A stretch of 63,708 nt of DNA, filler included, from Basidiobolus ranarum (lineage: Eukaryota): NCBI GenBank assembly GCA_040143965.1. It is 19 parts of 19 records of this genome, joined end to end, with 100 filler letters (N's around TTAATTAATTAA, not from the genome) between each part and the next. Parts side by side here need not be neighbours in the genome. Positions count along the whole stretch, not along the records: positions 37,006 to 40,261 come from JASJQH010002611.1; positions 40,362 to 43,614 come from JASJQH010002612.1; positions 43,715 to 46,967 come from JASJQH010002613.1; positions 47,068 to 50,318 come from JASJQH010002614.1; positions 50,419 to 53,668 come from JASJQH010002615.1; 14 more parts are not named here. One strand, written 5' to 3'. Below, piece after piece: positions 38,994 through 51,924 of the stretch (positions are counted from its first letter, which is position 1; each line of letters starts with the position of its first letter). The notes below the pieces were generated by a model. It saw nothing but the letters and a program-made list of their open reading frames with translations. It was not told the DNA's origin and ran no database searches. A program made the position numbers and the translations under genes.

Positions 38994-40121
38994 TGTTTAA
39001 ATCAGAATTGCCTAAACACCTATAGAGTCATGTATAGCATAGTACTTAGTTATCCTATATTTTACAAAGATATTACACATTACTTTCAATTGGAACCTGT
39101 TGAATATAGCTTTGCCTAAACACCAATATAGTTGTCTATAGCTTAGTACCTAGTTATTGTATATCTCACTAAGATATTACACATTACTTTCAATTGGAAC
39201 CTGTTGAATATAGCTTTGCCTCAACACCTATATAGTCATATATAGCTTAGTACCTAGTTATCTTATATTTTACCAATATATTACCCATTACTTTCAATTG
39301 GAACCCACTGGGAATATTTTTACCAACTTAGAAGTTCTCAGATATATGGATTTTAAACTTATTCTAAAAGCCCCAAACTTGGCACACATATTCCTGGTAC
39401 CTACCTTAACGCATTCTAAACATTAGTCTGATTATATCTTGACAAAACCATAAAAGTTAACATTGCACTCAATAAGTCAATTGGTGAAAACCACCAATTT
39501 CCCTGATTCTCCAAACCACTTCCAACAGGCTCCCAAATACTCTAACATGCTATGAGCCCTAAGCTTGCACTCTCTGTAAAGTGTACTTCTCCAATTTATG
39601 GAACTTTTTCCTCTTCTGAAAAATTGATTGGAATCAATAATAAAGTTTGGAAATTTAAAACAAAGATGATGCTGCAAGAAAATGGACTTTGGGACACTGT
39701 TGTAGGAGAAGGAAGCAATGCAAAATTATCTGAGACCAAAGTTTTACACCAGGTTAAAAAATAACAAAGTGCCTTTACCACAATTTGTCTTCATGTCCAA
39801 GAAAAGTTGCTATTGCAATGTTCAAGAGCTAAAACTGCCAAGAAGGTATGGAAAGCCTTGGAAGATATCTACCAAACATCTGCTGCCAACAAGAAGCTTC
39901 TAAGAAGACAATTCTTCAACTTAAAGATGAAGCCAGGAGATGACAATAAATCACTAATTTATAGAGTGATTATTTTAGTGGATGAAATGGAATGCATTGG
40001 AGTACCTACTACTGATCAAGATATCATAGTAACAGTCCTGAATAGCCTGCCACATGAGTCTCAGAGCCTAGTAATGGCTCCAGAATCAAGAACTGAAAAT
40101 TTGATGTTAAATTATCGCTAA
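38994..40121 (+). mobile_element. Copia 5' end: family-A LTR (39202-39547, first 104 bp triplicated from 38994), PBS 39548-39560, gag remnant
   Basis: The LTR ends …CTAACA, then TGCTATGAGCCCT. Gag motifs WKFKTKMMLQENGLWDTV and TAKKVWKALEDIY…LLRRQFFNLKM. Confidence 0.88.
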
Positions 40122-40561
40122 CAAAAATAAAATCAATTTGATCCGGATCAGATCCACCCTCCAAAATAGCAAAACTGTCAGAGAACCATCACAATATCAT
40201 TGGCTTGCATTCTGCCAGGGATTTTGATGGTGTGACGGTGGTTTCTTGATGGTATCTTAATNNNNNNNNNNNNNNNNNNNNNNNNNNNNNNNNNNNNNNN
40301 NNNNNTTAATTAATTAANNNNNNNNNNNNNNNNNNNNNNNNNNNNNNNNNNNNNNNNNNNNAACCTGTAGATAAACGAGCCGAATCGAATCCACACGAGC
40401 ATCACTTTTATTACTAGCAAACATAGAATTCTCTGATAAAAGGTGAACTAATCTGATTACTCGCATATATGCTATTTTGATGAAATTCATAAATGAAGCC
40501 AAGTTGATTACATAGAAAGCGGTGTGTCCAATTCCTAGAACAACACACCTAAACTTTGCTC

Positions 40562-41531
40562 TCATGAAGGCGTATTATACGCAAGTGTCAACGTGTATTT
40601 CTCTTTCCCACGCTTATTTAAGTAGCTAATATCACCAAACCAATCGCAAAAGATATCATGCGGCTTTGGCAAATATACGCCAGTACGAATTGCGTGTGCC
40701 CACTCGTATCGTGCTTTGTCGGTGAAAAGACACATTGAACCAACCCGTACCAATACATCTAGGTCTCTATCTGTCCAAGAACGGGATACAATTTCTTGAG
40801 GATTTGTGCGCCATTTGATTGCTGCTTCGGAGGGGATAAATGTGACAACAGAATCGGAGAGAAAGTTAATAATAGCAATATTGGCCCCATCTTCTAGGGT
40901 CCATTTGAGGATCTAACTGGAAGAAGGATCCAGTCCGATAATCAAGAGTAATATCACGCAGAGTGCCCAACGAGAGTCCAGGGGTTTCGGGAAGTTTTTC
41001 TGTCGCAAATGCTTTCAAAAATGAAGGAATCCTATTCTGATCGAAAGTATCACCATATCCCCAAGGGGCAGTAGGCATATTTGTTCCATCCACTTGCTCA
41101 GGACGTCCTGTAACACGGTAAGAGTTGACTATGTCTTGGGGATTTTCCTTCTCACCTTTTTCGTTCAAAACAAATACTTTTGTTCCTTTTTGAACAGTTT
41201 GAGGCAAAGTGGAGAACCCATATTTTTTGAATAGCCCCCGGAATTCGGGAATCATTTGAAGTCCCTCCTTTTCAGTATAGATATTACGTTCAATTCGGAT
41301 ACCAGGGTTTTCACCATTCGTAATGGGTTGTCCTTTAGAAGAACGAGCATTGGCAACCCTACGAATTAGGGATGCATCAGTGGCATTGAATGGCCTATGT
41401 GAAATATTTCGGGGAACGGCAGTTTGAGTCTTTATAGCCGAAACTGGTTTATCTTTAGAGACGCTCTCAACCGTTGAATTACGGAAGACATTTAACCATG
41501 AACGAAATGTACCTGCTCCTCTGTTTGCCAT
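40562..41531 (-). CDS. AlkB-family 2OG-Fe(II) oxygenase-like gene with a single frameshift at about 40895
   Basis: DITLDYR…LDPQMDP(fs)EDGANIAIINFLSDSVVTF…GSMCLFTDKARYEWAHAIR…KYTLTL. The R/S-rich N-terminus resembles a mitochondrial presequence. Confidence 0.65.
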
Positions 41532-42505
41532 TTCGACTAGTATCTGAGTAATCCAAGTATGTTACCGCGTCTGATTTTTCGAAATATCAAGTCGTTGAAT
41601 TTGTCCATCAAATTTGATGGGTCGCCATTCATTGAGTAAAAGTTTCAATCGATTTGGTAAACCAGAATTATATATCATCCAATTAATAGAGTTGAGTGCT
41701 AAACAGCATATTTTCAGTGATTGCCATCTTTTAACTACTATATTAATTATCAAATGATCATCCATTTACCACAAAAGTTGGATAGTAGTTTGACTTACTC
41801 CTTTATAGCTTCTCTTATTACCGCAGATATCTTAAACATACAAGCATATTTCGGAATTGAGCTATACTGATGCTATATATTTAGATGCTTAATTTAGCAT
41901 TTCAACATCAAGAACACCTTAGGACTTAAATGACATATTGGTCATATGGATATAGAGATATTCCTAATTAGAATCCCCATGAAAAATACAAGTTGAAATC
42001 CTAGAGAGAAATTGGTAAAAATTTCATTTGATCCTGATTTGCCATTGAAGTCCCATCACAATTTGGGATGAAAACAGATTTCCAACTAGGAAAAATCAAT
42101 TTGCAGCTCACCCAATTTATAACTCTACTGGATTGTCCATCTATGATTGGCTAAGAATCGGCACCTGTAATTGGATGATCTTCATAGGGCATAATAAAAT
42201 ACTTTGGTTTTTATTTATTATATCCTGACCAGATTTAGCCACTCTTCTAAAATGCATTGCGTCATGGTGTGGAGAGTAATGTCTCCTATTAGTTGTTTAA
42301 TTCCTGATAAAAGTGTAAGTGTCAACTTACAACTCAATAAATCAATAAGTGAAAACCACCAATTGCTTTAATACTCCAAAACACTTCCAATAGGCTCCCA
42401 AATATTAAACAGGTACATTATATTAATAGCTCAAAAAGAATCCACCATTCATTTAGCATACACCTGCTGAGATTTTTTTCCAAAGCAGAGCAAATTCTAC
42501 ATTAA

Positions 42506-43080
42506 TGTTGTTGGAGGGTCTTGACATAATGGAGATACACTTTGCATATTAGAGGCAACTTATGAGGTATTTTAGTTACCTTATTCTTAAGACAATATGG
42601 TGACTTATATAGTAGAGAAGTCAATTGTTTGAGATACTCAGGAGTTGGTGTAATAAGATATACTTGTTATATAGTCATAGAGATATTCCTATCTAGAATA
42701 TAGGGGCTATACATACATTGCTTTCTATTTCTGATATATATATCATAATCAAAGTTAACTAAGATGTTGGATCAAGATAAATAATCCAACACCTTCCATT
42801 AATTCTTATTCTGCATTGTACTTATATTCACTAATGCCTATGCCTGCTCTTGACTTTTCAAAGCTTGAAGTTTTGAGTGGTTTTGTTAGTATATCTGCAA
42901 GCATGTTTTCAGTATTACAATAAATAAGGTTCACTTCCTTGTCTTGTACTATCTCTCTTGTAGAATGATGTCATATATGAGTATGTTGCATCCTTGAGTG
43001 ATGCTCAGAATCTTTTGTGATCTGAATACTACTTCTATTATCTTGATATATTGTGTTGTGCACCAACATACAAAGTTGTT
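42506..43080 (-). mobile_element. Copia RNase H remnant plus family-B LTR (about 42506-42791)
   Basis: [11 protein letters not shown]. The LTR is shared with 50419-50707, with a PPT next to TGTTGGA. A partial family-A LTR lies at about 42315-42411. Confidence 0.8.
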
Positions 43081-43714
43081 TAAACTTATATCATATTTAT
43101 GCAACTTGTTTGAATATCTGTTTAGTTTATCATTATTGCTAACTAGTCACCTGACTTTATCCAGTGACTTTATCATGTGATCTATCACCTGACTAACCAT
43201 CTATTTGCTTATCCCTTCTATCCAATCATATGACCAATCACTTGATCATTACCCAATCAGTATTAACCTCTGAGTCATCTGCCTAGACACAAGTCAATTT
43301 GAGTTACAAGATTCATAACCAATGATCTTTCACTGCCAAGACTTCAGCTGATGCATGACTCACTTATCTATCTATCTATCTATCCAATCATATTTTCTTC
43401 AATCAGAGTTAGTCATCTAATATCTTGGTGCTGACTAATTCACTTTGCTATCAAAAAGTATAAATAAAGCTAACTGAACCTTTTGGTTTTGCGTGTGTCT
43501 CAACAAATATAGGATCTCAACACTTCTCAGTGTTTCTCAACAAATTCAATATTCCCCTCTCATTTCTATCCAAGCATAGTTTCCACTAGCATCTACTGAC
43601 CACCAAGCCTAGCTNNNNNNNNNNNNNNNNNNNNNNNNNNNNNNNNNNNNNNNNNNNNTTAATTAATTAANNNNNNNNNNNNNNNNNNNNNNNNNNNNNN
43701 NNNNNNNNNNNNNN

Positions 43715-44014
43715 ATGGTCTTGAAAGTGTTTCTTTTGAACTTTGCTCAACTATTGATCTACTACATTAATGAGGGATTAAAATCTCTTCACTTGCACTA
43801 TTGCTGAAAAGGAACACATCTGGTAAATTGATTACTACTTCATCATTACTTAAGTTAGTTTCCGGCATGTTAATGCCTTCCAAAGTGGATAGTGGATTGC
43901 TAGACTGCTCATCAATCAAGTCCCCTGTTCTTGCTGGTTTCTTCCTTTTGTACCAGCAGGCTTTGGCTTGGAAGCCAATTTTTACTTATATTTTGAATGC
44001 TTTTTGAATGGCAT
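43715..44014 (-). mobile_element. 5' part of the accessory ORF of the CACTA-like element
   Basis: Reverse complement of 28273-28560. Confidence 0.7.
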
Positions 44015-44226
44015 TGAAATTTTCAGATGGTAAACTTGGTGTAATGAAATTGCTTAGAAACAGCTTATAATAAACCAAAATTGCCATCCATTACCGGAAA
44101 TATCTTGTAAATCCCCTGATGACTCATCTGTGACACCGTCTCAGAATCAGCTGATGATATTGATGGGCTATACCTAAAATACCACCCTTACGTGGGAGGT
44201 GTTCTTTTTTCTACAATATCCTTCTC

Positions 44227-46000
44227 ATGCCGCAACACAAACGTTTAAAGAAGCCCTGCTATTATTGTCACAAATTCTTGTGCTATGAAAGCCGGAGGCT
44301 TCATAGAAAAAACAATTACAAGCATGGTCACTATACAAAGCCAACAGCTGCACAAAGCCTGGTGTATAACAACAGTAATAAGTGCACTAAATCAACTTTC
44401 ATTTTGCGCACTGAGTCTACTGACTGTACTTTGCCTCAAAGTTCTGGTTACACTGCCTAAAGTCAAGATACCATGGAGTTACCACAGTTATATGACCAGA
44501 ACAATGTAGATAGAAATACAACTTTGGTCAAATCTGTAAGTTCAGACAACTTTGAGGACATGCTGCTAGATATTGACCTCAGTTATTCCAGTACTGATGG
44601 TAATATAGCAGAAGTTGAAGAAGAAGACAATGGATTTGTTACAGACTCTTTGTTATCAGCAAACATTAGTGGAAAACAACTGTCAATAGTATGACTTATA
44701 ATCCTTCAGTAATTAAACTAACTTCATGTCCAAATGGTTGTTTGGCTTTCACAGTGATCTGTAAACCTCAAGTCATGTACTGTTTGCACACAATTGGCAA
44801 TAGCTGAATCAAGTAAATATTGCTCACATATGGCTTACAAATGATTGACTCCCCATCTTAAAGTTTTGATGAAAACACCCTAATATAGATTATTGATCCA
44901 TTACCAAAGCACTCATCATAAAGCTGATGGTATTAGCAATATACTTGACAGATATCACTACCAGAGTCTGAAAAGTTAAGATTTCTTTGAGAACCTGAAT
45001 GATCATGCATTTGCATTGGCTCTTGATGGTTTCTTGCTAATCAAATACCACTTTGGAATGGCTTGCTTGCCAATAATTTTAATTAACTTAAATCTTCATC
45101 CTTCTGAATGGTATAAGAGTCATAATACTTGGATACTATCCATCATATCTCAACCTAAGTCATCAGTGCTTATAGATAGCTTGTTAGAGCCTTTGATTGA
45201 GGAATTTGAATGGTTATCTAATGGGGTTCAGATGGGTGAATATTTTATTGACACTAATATCATAGTATGTATTGGTGACATTCCTGCCATCAGTAAGCTT
45301 GGAACACAATGCACTATCTTTCTGTAGATTTTATTAAATCAATGGAGCCTACTCAATCAGGCACAAGCATGCCTACCATCCATATACAAAACTAAGCGCC
45401 ATGATTTTACCATCAAGAGCCAGGCCAGATTTCAACATGATCACTGATATAAATTCACCAAATAGTCAGTCTAACATCAAACTTGGTATTAGCTGTAAGC
45501 TTAAGATTATATTGTTAAAGGGGATCAGTTGGAGCCAGTGCTAACCATTAGGCACTATGCACTTACTATTCAACAACATTCCAATTCTACTTACTCAGCT
45601 ATACAATGGAAAATTCAATATGAATGAGCAATTTGAGATAGGATAAAAGCTTGAATGGTTAGGGAAAATGCTTGAAAATAATAAGACACCATCATATTTT
45701 ACCAGGACTCCAATCAATATCCACTCATCTAGGCATTATTCAATTTCAAAGACTGGAAGTATTGATTTTGTATATATTCATGTAGAATCTTGAAAAGATT
45801 TCTGCCTGATCAGTTTTGGCAACATTGGGAGTTGTTTGTGGATATTGTTAATACATTTCTAAGAAATCAATTCATATTGGCAGATATCAGGCAGATACAG
45901 CAACTGTGCAAAGACTCCAGAGCATATTAAACTTCCCACAAAGGCCTTTTTCAATGTGCTCATGGGTTTTTACATTGTTTGAGCACAATAATAGCAACAA
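44227..46000 (+). mobile_element. Degenerate CACTA/EnSpm Transposase_21
   Basis: ALDGF…PIILINLNLHPSE…DSLLEPLIEEF…CIGDIPAISKL. Homologous to 26929-28061. Confidence 0.85.
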
Positions 46001-46699
46001 TGCCCAATCCATGGACTCAGAGTAAGTACCACTATTATTTGGACTGATTTGTTTATGTAATAATCTGAATGTATTTCTAGGAAAGCTGCAAGACAGACTT
46101 CATGGTAAGATAGATGGAGATATGCAGTATTATTGTTTTAGCCATGGGGTACTCTATTCAAACAATGACACATCTACTTGTGGCAGGACATTTGGTGACT
46201 GCAAGTCAGAGGGATATGTTGGCTGAATTCTTTATGGAAATTTGCCAAAATCCAAGAGCTTATTCTCATTGTGAATGGTAACAAGAGTCAGCTATTTGCC
46301 AAGTGTCAGTGCTATTTGAAATTTCCAATGTTTATCAATTTTACCACCTTTAGTTTGTTGGTAAAGCATATTAATGTTGTTGAGTCATGTCTGATTAGGC
46401 AAGAATGTGCATATGTAGAGACTGAACACAGCAAGATTCTTGTATTTTTTGATTCTCATTATGGCTGGAATACAAAGGCTAAAATATCTAAATAAAGGCA
46501 TTCATATTGATTCCAATTCCTAAAGCAGTAAACCCATTAATTTGCAATTTGAAAATTATATTTGGCTAATATTGCTTGAAATTAATAGTGCATGCCAAAT
46601 ATATGGATCAATACTTTAATATGTATAAATACTATTGTAATTCCATGAAGAAACTGCCATCACACCATCATAATTTGTGGCAAAATGCAAGCGAGTAAA

Positions 46700-46967
46700 C
46701 TCCATTGATTTGACAAAATCTACAGCAAGATAGTGCATTGTGCCCACAAAAACCTCAAAGTTTGCAGATGGCAGGAGAGTCTCCAATACATACAATGATT
46801 TTAGCTTCAAGAAAATGTCCACCCATCTGAACTCCATCAGACAACCATTCAAATTCCACAATCAAAGGCTCCATGAAGCTATCTATAAGCAATGGTGATT
46901 TAGGCCCAGATATGATGGATAGTATCAAAGTATTATGACTCTTATACCATTCAGAAGGAGGAAAATT
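46700..46967 (-). mobile_element. Additional inverted Transposase_21 fragment
   Basis: LPPSEWYKSHN…SGPKSP…DSFMEPLIVEF, matching 26929-27060. Confidence 0.75.
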
Positions 46968-47067
46968 NNNNNNNNNNNNNNNNNNNNNNNNNNNNNNNNN
47001 NNNNNNNNNNNTTAATTAATTAANNNNNNNNNNNNNNNNNNNNNNNNNNNNNNNNNNNNNNNNNNNN

Positions 47068-47182
47068 GTTACTGCTTAGATAGGCAGAAACTTCCTTTTT
47101 AGAGACCTGTTACTGCTTAGATAGGCAGAAACTTCCTTTTTAGAGACCTGTTACGGGTTAGATAGGCAGAAACTTCCTTTTC
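47068..47182. repeat. Tandem 41-bp repeat, about 2.8 copies (GTTACTGCTTAGATAGGCAGAAACTTCCTTTTTAGAGACCT)
   Basis: Units start at 47068, 47109 and 47150, at the contig edge. Confidence 0.92.
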
Positions 47183-47740
47183 ATGTAGGTCCTTTATCTT
47201 ATGATCTGTTTTAGAATATCCCAGTTTGGAGTCTAGCCATAGGATTATTATTATTAGAAGCATGTTTATCAAACCTTTACCACCAACACTTGTGGTACAC
47301 TCTAACTATGGACAGAAGGTAAGATCTGTCACATGTGTGCCTTATTTTGAGCAATCAGACATTTATCAACATTTGGCTTGTTCCATGCAGCTACCGGTTG
47401 TCAGTTCTACCGAATCCATCGATTAGGCAACCTAGATTCCCATCTCTACTATCAAGAATATAGTCAGTGAACCACCATCTCCAATCACAAATATATATGG
47501 TTTGTGACGTGGGTTCAAATTCTCAAGGTTTAATTGTGCAACTTCATATGGAACTAACCTACCTAAAGGCACTTTGTAAATACGGTGGCATCTGATTTGT
47601 ACTCGTGGCTTGTATAGCCCGAATTCAATTATTGTATCTACGTATTTTGGGGCTAGTTATAAATTATACATACTAAGAGTACGTTGAATGCATGGAGTTC
47701 TATAAAAGCCTGGTTAAAGGTTTTCAAAATCATTATCAAA

Positions 47741-48741
47741 ATGTTCAGACATTTGTTATTATTTTGCATATTATACGTCAATGTGGTGCTAACTCTGGGT
47801 GCTTGGAATGAGATTCGCATGAAGGAGGCTTCGGATTTGTTTCAAGAGCCTCGTATGGAAAGTCCAAGTTCCATAAGAATAGAAAGCGGGACTATTGTAA
47901 AAGCTTTGTGTCAAACTTTAGATACAAAAAGTCTTGCTCGAGCTTCAAATGATAGTACTCCATTAGGACGAAGGTATGTGATCAATTCAATATTTACAAG
48001 GCCATTCTAATAACTAGGCGTAGTGTATGGACTCAAGTTATATTCAAAGAGTATACAGGCTATGTACCTTATGAGCGAATGGACCGGACAGAAAGCTGGC
48101 TACCAGGTGCCCCCTGGTGCTCCTGCAGAAAGGGACAAGGCTTGCTTTGTATAGATGATAATCAAAAGTTACAGCATCAGGAGGCAGAGCAATTTCTGAA
48201 TTCTCATAATATTCTAACCAGTTGCACTAACAATCCAGACGTTGCATGCCCTTCCTTTACTGGTATCAGAAATGAAACAATCGAGGGCCTCGTTAATTTT
48301 ATTGCTATAAGCAACTGTACAGGAGTTCAAGTGACTGGTGGAACTGAGGTATCGGATGCTGAGTCCTATTACTCTCATAAGCTTGGATTCAGAATCGACT
48401 TTGCATCTAGCTCATGCATCGATAATTACATCAAATTAAACTTTCATTATGTTGGTAATCGGAAATATGGCAGTCCTGATAAGCTCTATGTTGCATGTAG
48501 TGGGAATACACTTGCCCGGAAACAAGATCATTGGGAAATGAGTGGGTACATCAATGGAGGAAGTAGAGTTGTACTACCTAATGAAACCACGTGCTACGTT
48601 CCAAATAGAACTCCTACTTCTAGTATCCCAAATGTAACTCCTACTTCTAGTATCCCAAATGGAACTTCTACTTCTAGTATCACTTACTTGATCCCATTGC
48701 TAATACTATTTGTAAATTCATACTTCCACGAATACATGTGA
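47741..48741 (+). CDS. Secreted, probably GPI-anchored protein: SH3b-like domain + Hedgehog/DD-peptidase(M15)-like zinc domain + S/T stalk; exons 47741-47973, 48024-48741 (about 316 aa)
   Basis: TATAAAA at 47701 and a signal peptide. A GTATGT…TAG intron joins the frames. Motifs C..VW…GYVP and VTGGTE…SHKLGFRID…DHWE. Three PNxT(P/S)TSSI repeats and a hydrophobic tail. Confidence 0.75.
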
Positions 48742-49186
48742 TGAATAAAGAGCAATTACGCCTCTAACTAGCATTGGATTGTGTACCAATTCTGTCTCGA
48801 AGAATCCGTTTAGAGGTCTATCTATTAGTCAGGTTGTTGTAAACATTTGGATCTTTCCGGAAATAAACCTATGTGTAATCTAATTAAGGTGTTTTACATT
48901 ACTGTTAGTCCCATTTGAAGTGACACTATACCAGGAAAAGTAAAACGTTGTGTATCCTTTTACCAACAGAGATCTTGTTCTTCTCTAGAAGCATCCTTTG
49001 TCACGTCTTTTCGCAGCATCTTTTGGTAAACGGATTTAGCGTAAGATTGTGACCAAAGTGCAGTGTCTCACTTGATACAGGTATCTACCGTCAATATGTT
49101 CACAACGTCCATCTTTATCAATCCAGATGGGAGACCCATAAATCGGTATAAATATATCAGACACCTCTCTCCGAGGCTGTCCACTA

Positions 49187-50318
49187 ATGGTATATCATAC
49201 TTCTTGTAACGTTCTTACTTACAACGGGCAACAGGAGCTTGCGAGATGTCTGGTGCCAATCGGAACCATAACTATGGATGAGAAATGGGTCTGGATCTCC
49301 ACTACAGTGGTTCCCATAGCCAGAACTATACTTGTTACTGTAACATCATTGGCTATATGGCACTTGTGGTGGTGGAGCAGATACAGTTCTAGGGAAAACC
49401 AGAGTCACCATGGTAGTAGTTGGGCAATTGGAACTACAATGACACATATGTCAGGAGTCAGTACATCTATAAAGTCATTGCAGCGTGTTGCTAAGTATGG
49501 GATTGGAAAGGTAACGCCTACGTTACTGCTCTTACTAGCTATCACCGGCTTGATTATACCTTTGGCAAGCATCTACTGGGCTTCCCATGTATTTCAAGTA
49601 GGAGAAGTCAATTATGAATATGAGAAGTTCCATCAAGCAAAGTCAAACCTGATGGAAAGTATTAAGAACAGAACTGCTCTGGTATCATCCTTTGGGAAGG
49701 TAGCATATAGTGAAAAACCGTTGCTCACGTCAGATGTATTTAACGATGCCTCAACAGGAATGGGATCAGCAGTAATTATTTCACCAAAAGGAGCACCTTC
49801 GTGGTGGAAAGTCGATATTCTACCAAAAACTAAGGAATGCTATGTGCATTCAGTTGCTGTTCTATCAAGTAGCACGAATGTAGAATTTTCGGTAGATTAT
49901 GGAGATTCTGGTAACGACAAAGTAGCCGAATCATTGACTAGTCGTTGCACCCGAGTCAAGCCTTCAGTCAGCTTTCTTACTGCTCATAGTTACGTGAATA
50001 AGAACTCTACCATTGCTTCGTCTGAACTCCAACATATAACAAACACAAATCTTCCTCAACAGTGGTGTCAATTAAGCTATACCTGTGCCATTGATACAAG
50101 GGTTTCATACGGTAGTGTAAGTATAAATACCGAACAAAAAATGGTGTGGCAGAAAATTTCGGAAACGAATTCGAACGCAGACCTAAATAGTCTATTGAGT
50201 CAATTCCAAACTCTGGCACAGCTTGATAACCAGAAGCTGAATGTATGGCTTGAGACTGCGGACAACTGGAAAGAAAAAGCTATCAATATAATCAAGGAGG
50301 CAGCAACCATCAAATATG
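49187..50318 (+). CDS. Hypothetical membrane protein, 3'-truncated
   Basis: Intronless ORF of about 377 codons with two hydrophobic segments. TATAAA at about 49147. Confidence 0.7.
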
Positions 50319-50418
50319 NNNNNNNNNNNNNNNNNNNNNNNNNNNNNNNNNNNNNNNNNNNNTTAATTAATTAANNNNNNNNNNNNNNNNNNNNNNNNNN
50401 NNNNNNNNNNNNNNNNNN

Positions 50419-51740
50419 GGTAGACTTTGAATATTAGAGGCAACTTATGATAGTGCTTTAGTTACTTTATTCTTAAGAAAATATGGTAACTTATATAGTA
50501 TAGAAGTAAATCAATTGTTTGAGATATTCAGAAGATTGTGTAATAAGATATAATAGATAGTAGGGATAATAAGACATACTTGTTATATAGATATAGAAAT
50601 ATTCCTAATTGGAATATAGGGGCTATAGATATGTTGTTTTCTTTTTCTGATATGCATATCACAACTAAAGTTAACCAAGATGTTGAATAAAGATTAATTA
50701 TCCAACACCTCCCCTTAATTCTTATTTATTTACTTAATTAACTTCACAAAGCTTGAAGTTTTGAGTGGTTTTGTGAGTATAGCTGCAAGAATTTTTCAGT
50801 TTTACAATAAACAAAGTTCACTTCTTTGTCTTGAACTTTCTCTTATGTCAATATGCCTCATCCTTGAGTGATGTTCAGAATTTTTGGTGATCTGAATTCA
50901 ACCAGTATTCTCTTGATATATTAAGGTATGATTCACTTGATCATATCCTATTTCCTTGAGAAGACTCCTTAGCCATAAAACTTCTTGAATAGCCATAGAG
51001 CTTGCCATATATTCTGCTTCTGTATTTGAAAATATGACAGTTTGCTGTTTCTTATTAATCCAGCTTATTGGTCCATCAACTAGCTCAAGCACATATCCAG
51101 TTCTGGACTCACAATCTTCTGTATTGTTAACCTAGGCTGCATCAGTGTAACTTTCCAAAATGAGTGATATGCTATATTGCTTACTAAGTTGAGTTCCATG
51201 ATATCTTGTTCCTTTCAGATAGTATATTATCTGTTTCACAGCTATCCAATGTTCCATTGCAGGATTTTCCATATATTTGCTTATTATGCTTAGAGTAACA
51301 GCAATATCAGACCTAGTACCAGTTGTTGCATATATAAGACTTCCAACCATATTATAGTAAGGAATATGTTTTATTATTTCAATATGTTTAGAAGTTTTTG
51401 GTTCCATATCATTAGTGAGTTTTAGCATATGGACTTGAAGCTATTTATATTCTGATATAGAGAATCTGTTTAAAACATCTTCAATTTACTTTTCTTGTAT
51501 AATACAGAGTTTTCCAATATTGAAACTTTGATATAAGTGCATTCCAAGACACTATGTTAGTGATCCAATATTTTGCTTTTCAAACTTGGTAGATAGCTAG
51601 GTCTTAGTTTGTTTCATCAGATTTGAGCAATTACTACTTATTATGATGTCCTCAACATAGAGAGCAACTATAACTTGGTGACTTTGATGGTTTTGAATAT
51701 ATTCAGTGATCAGCATTAACCTAATACAGCTATGCAATCT
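50419..51740 (-). mobile_element. Degenerate copia RT-RNase H, PPT and family-B 3' LTR (50707-50419)
   Basis: PYYNMVGSLIY…TRSDIA, YTDAA, SNTEAEYMA. GGGGAGG precedes TGTTGGA. Confidence 0.9.
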
Positions 51741-51924
51741 GCAAAACCAATAACCTTGTAGGATCATTCTACCATGTAAAATTATTGGATTCTAAACTGC
51801 AAAGCACTAATCATTATGGTGTCTAATAAATTAGGAATAGACTATATAGGAAAGCTATATGAAATTAATCTCAGAAATATATATATTACTGTTTTCTATT
51901 TCATGGTGTAATACTTGGTGTTGC

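Noticed and set aside
47068-47182. CRISPR-like array
   Set aside because: The 41-bp units are contiguous with no unique spacers, and the context is eukaryotic.
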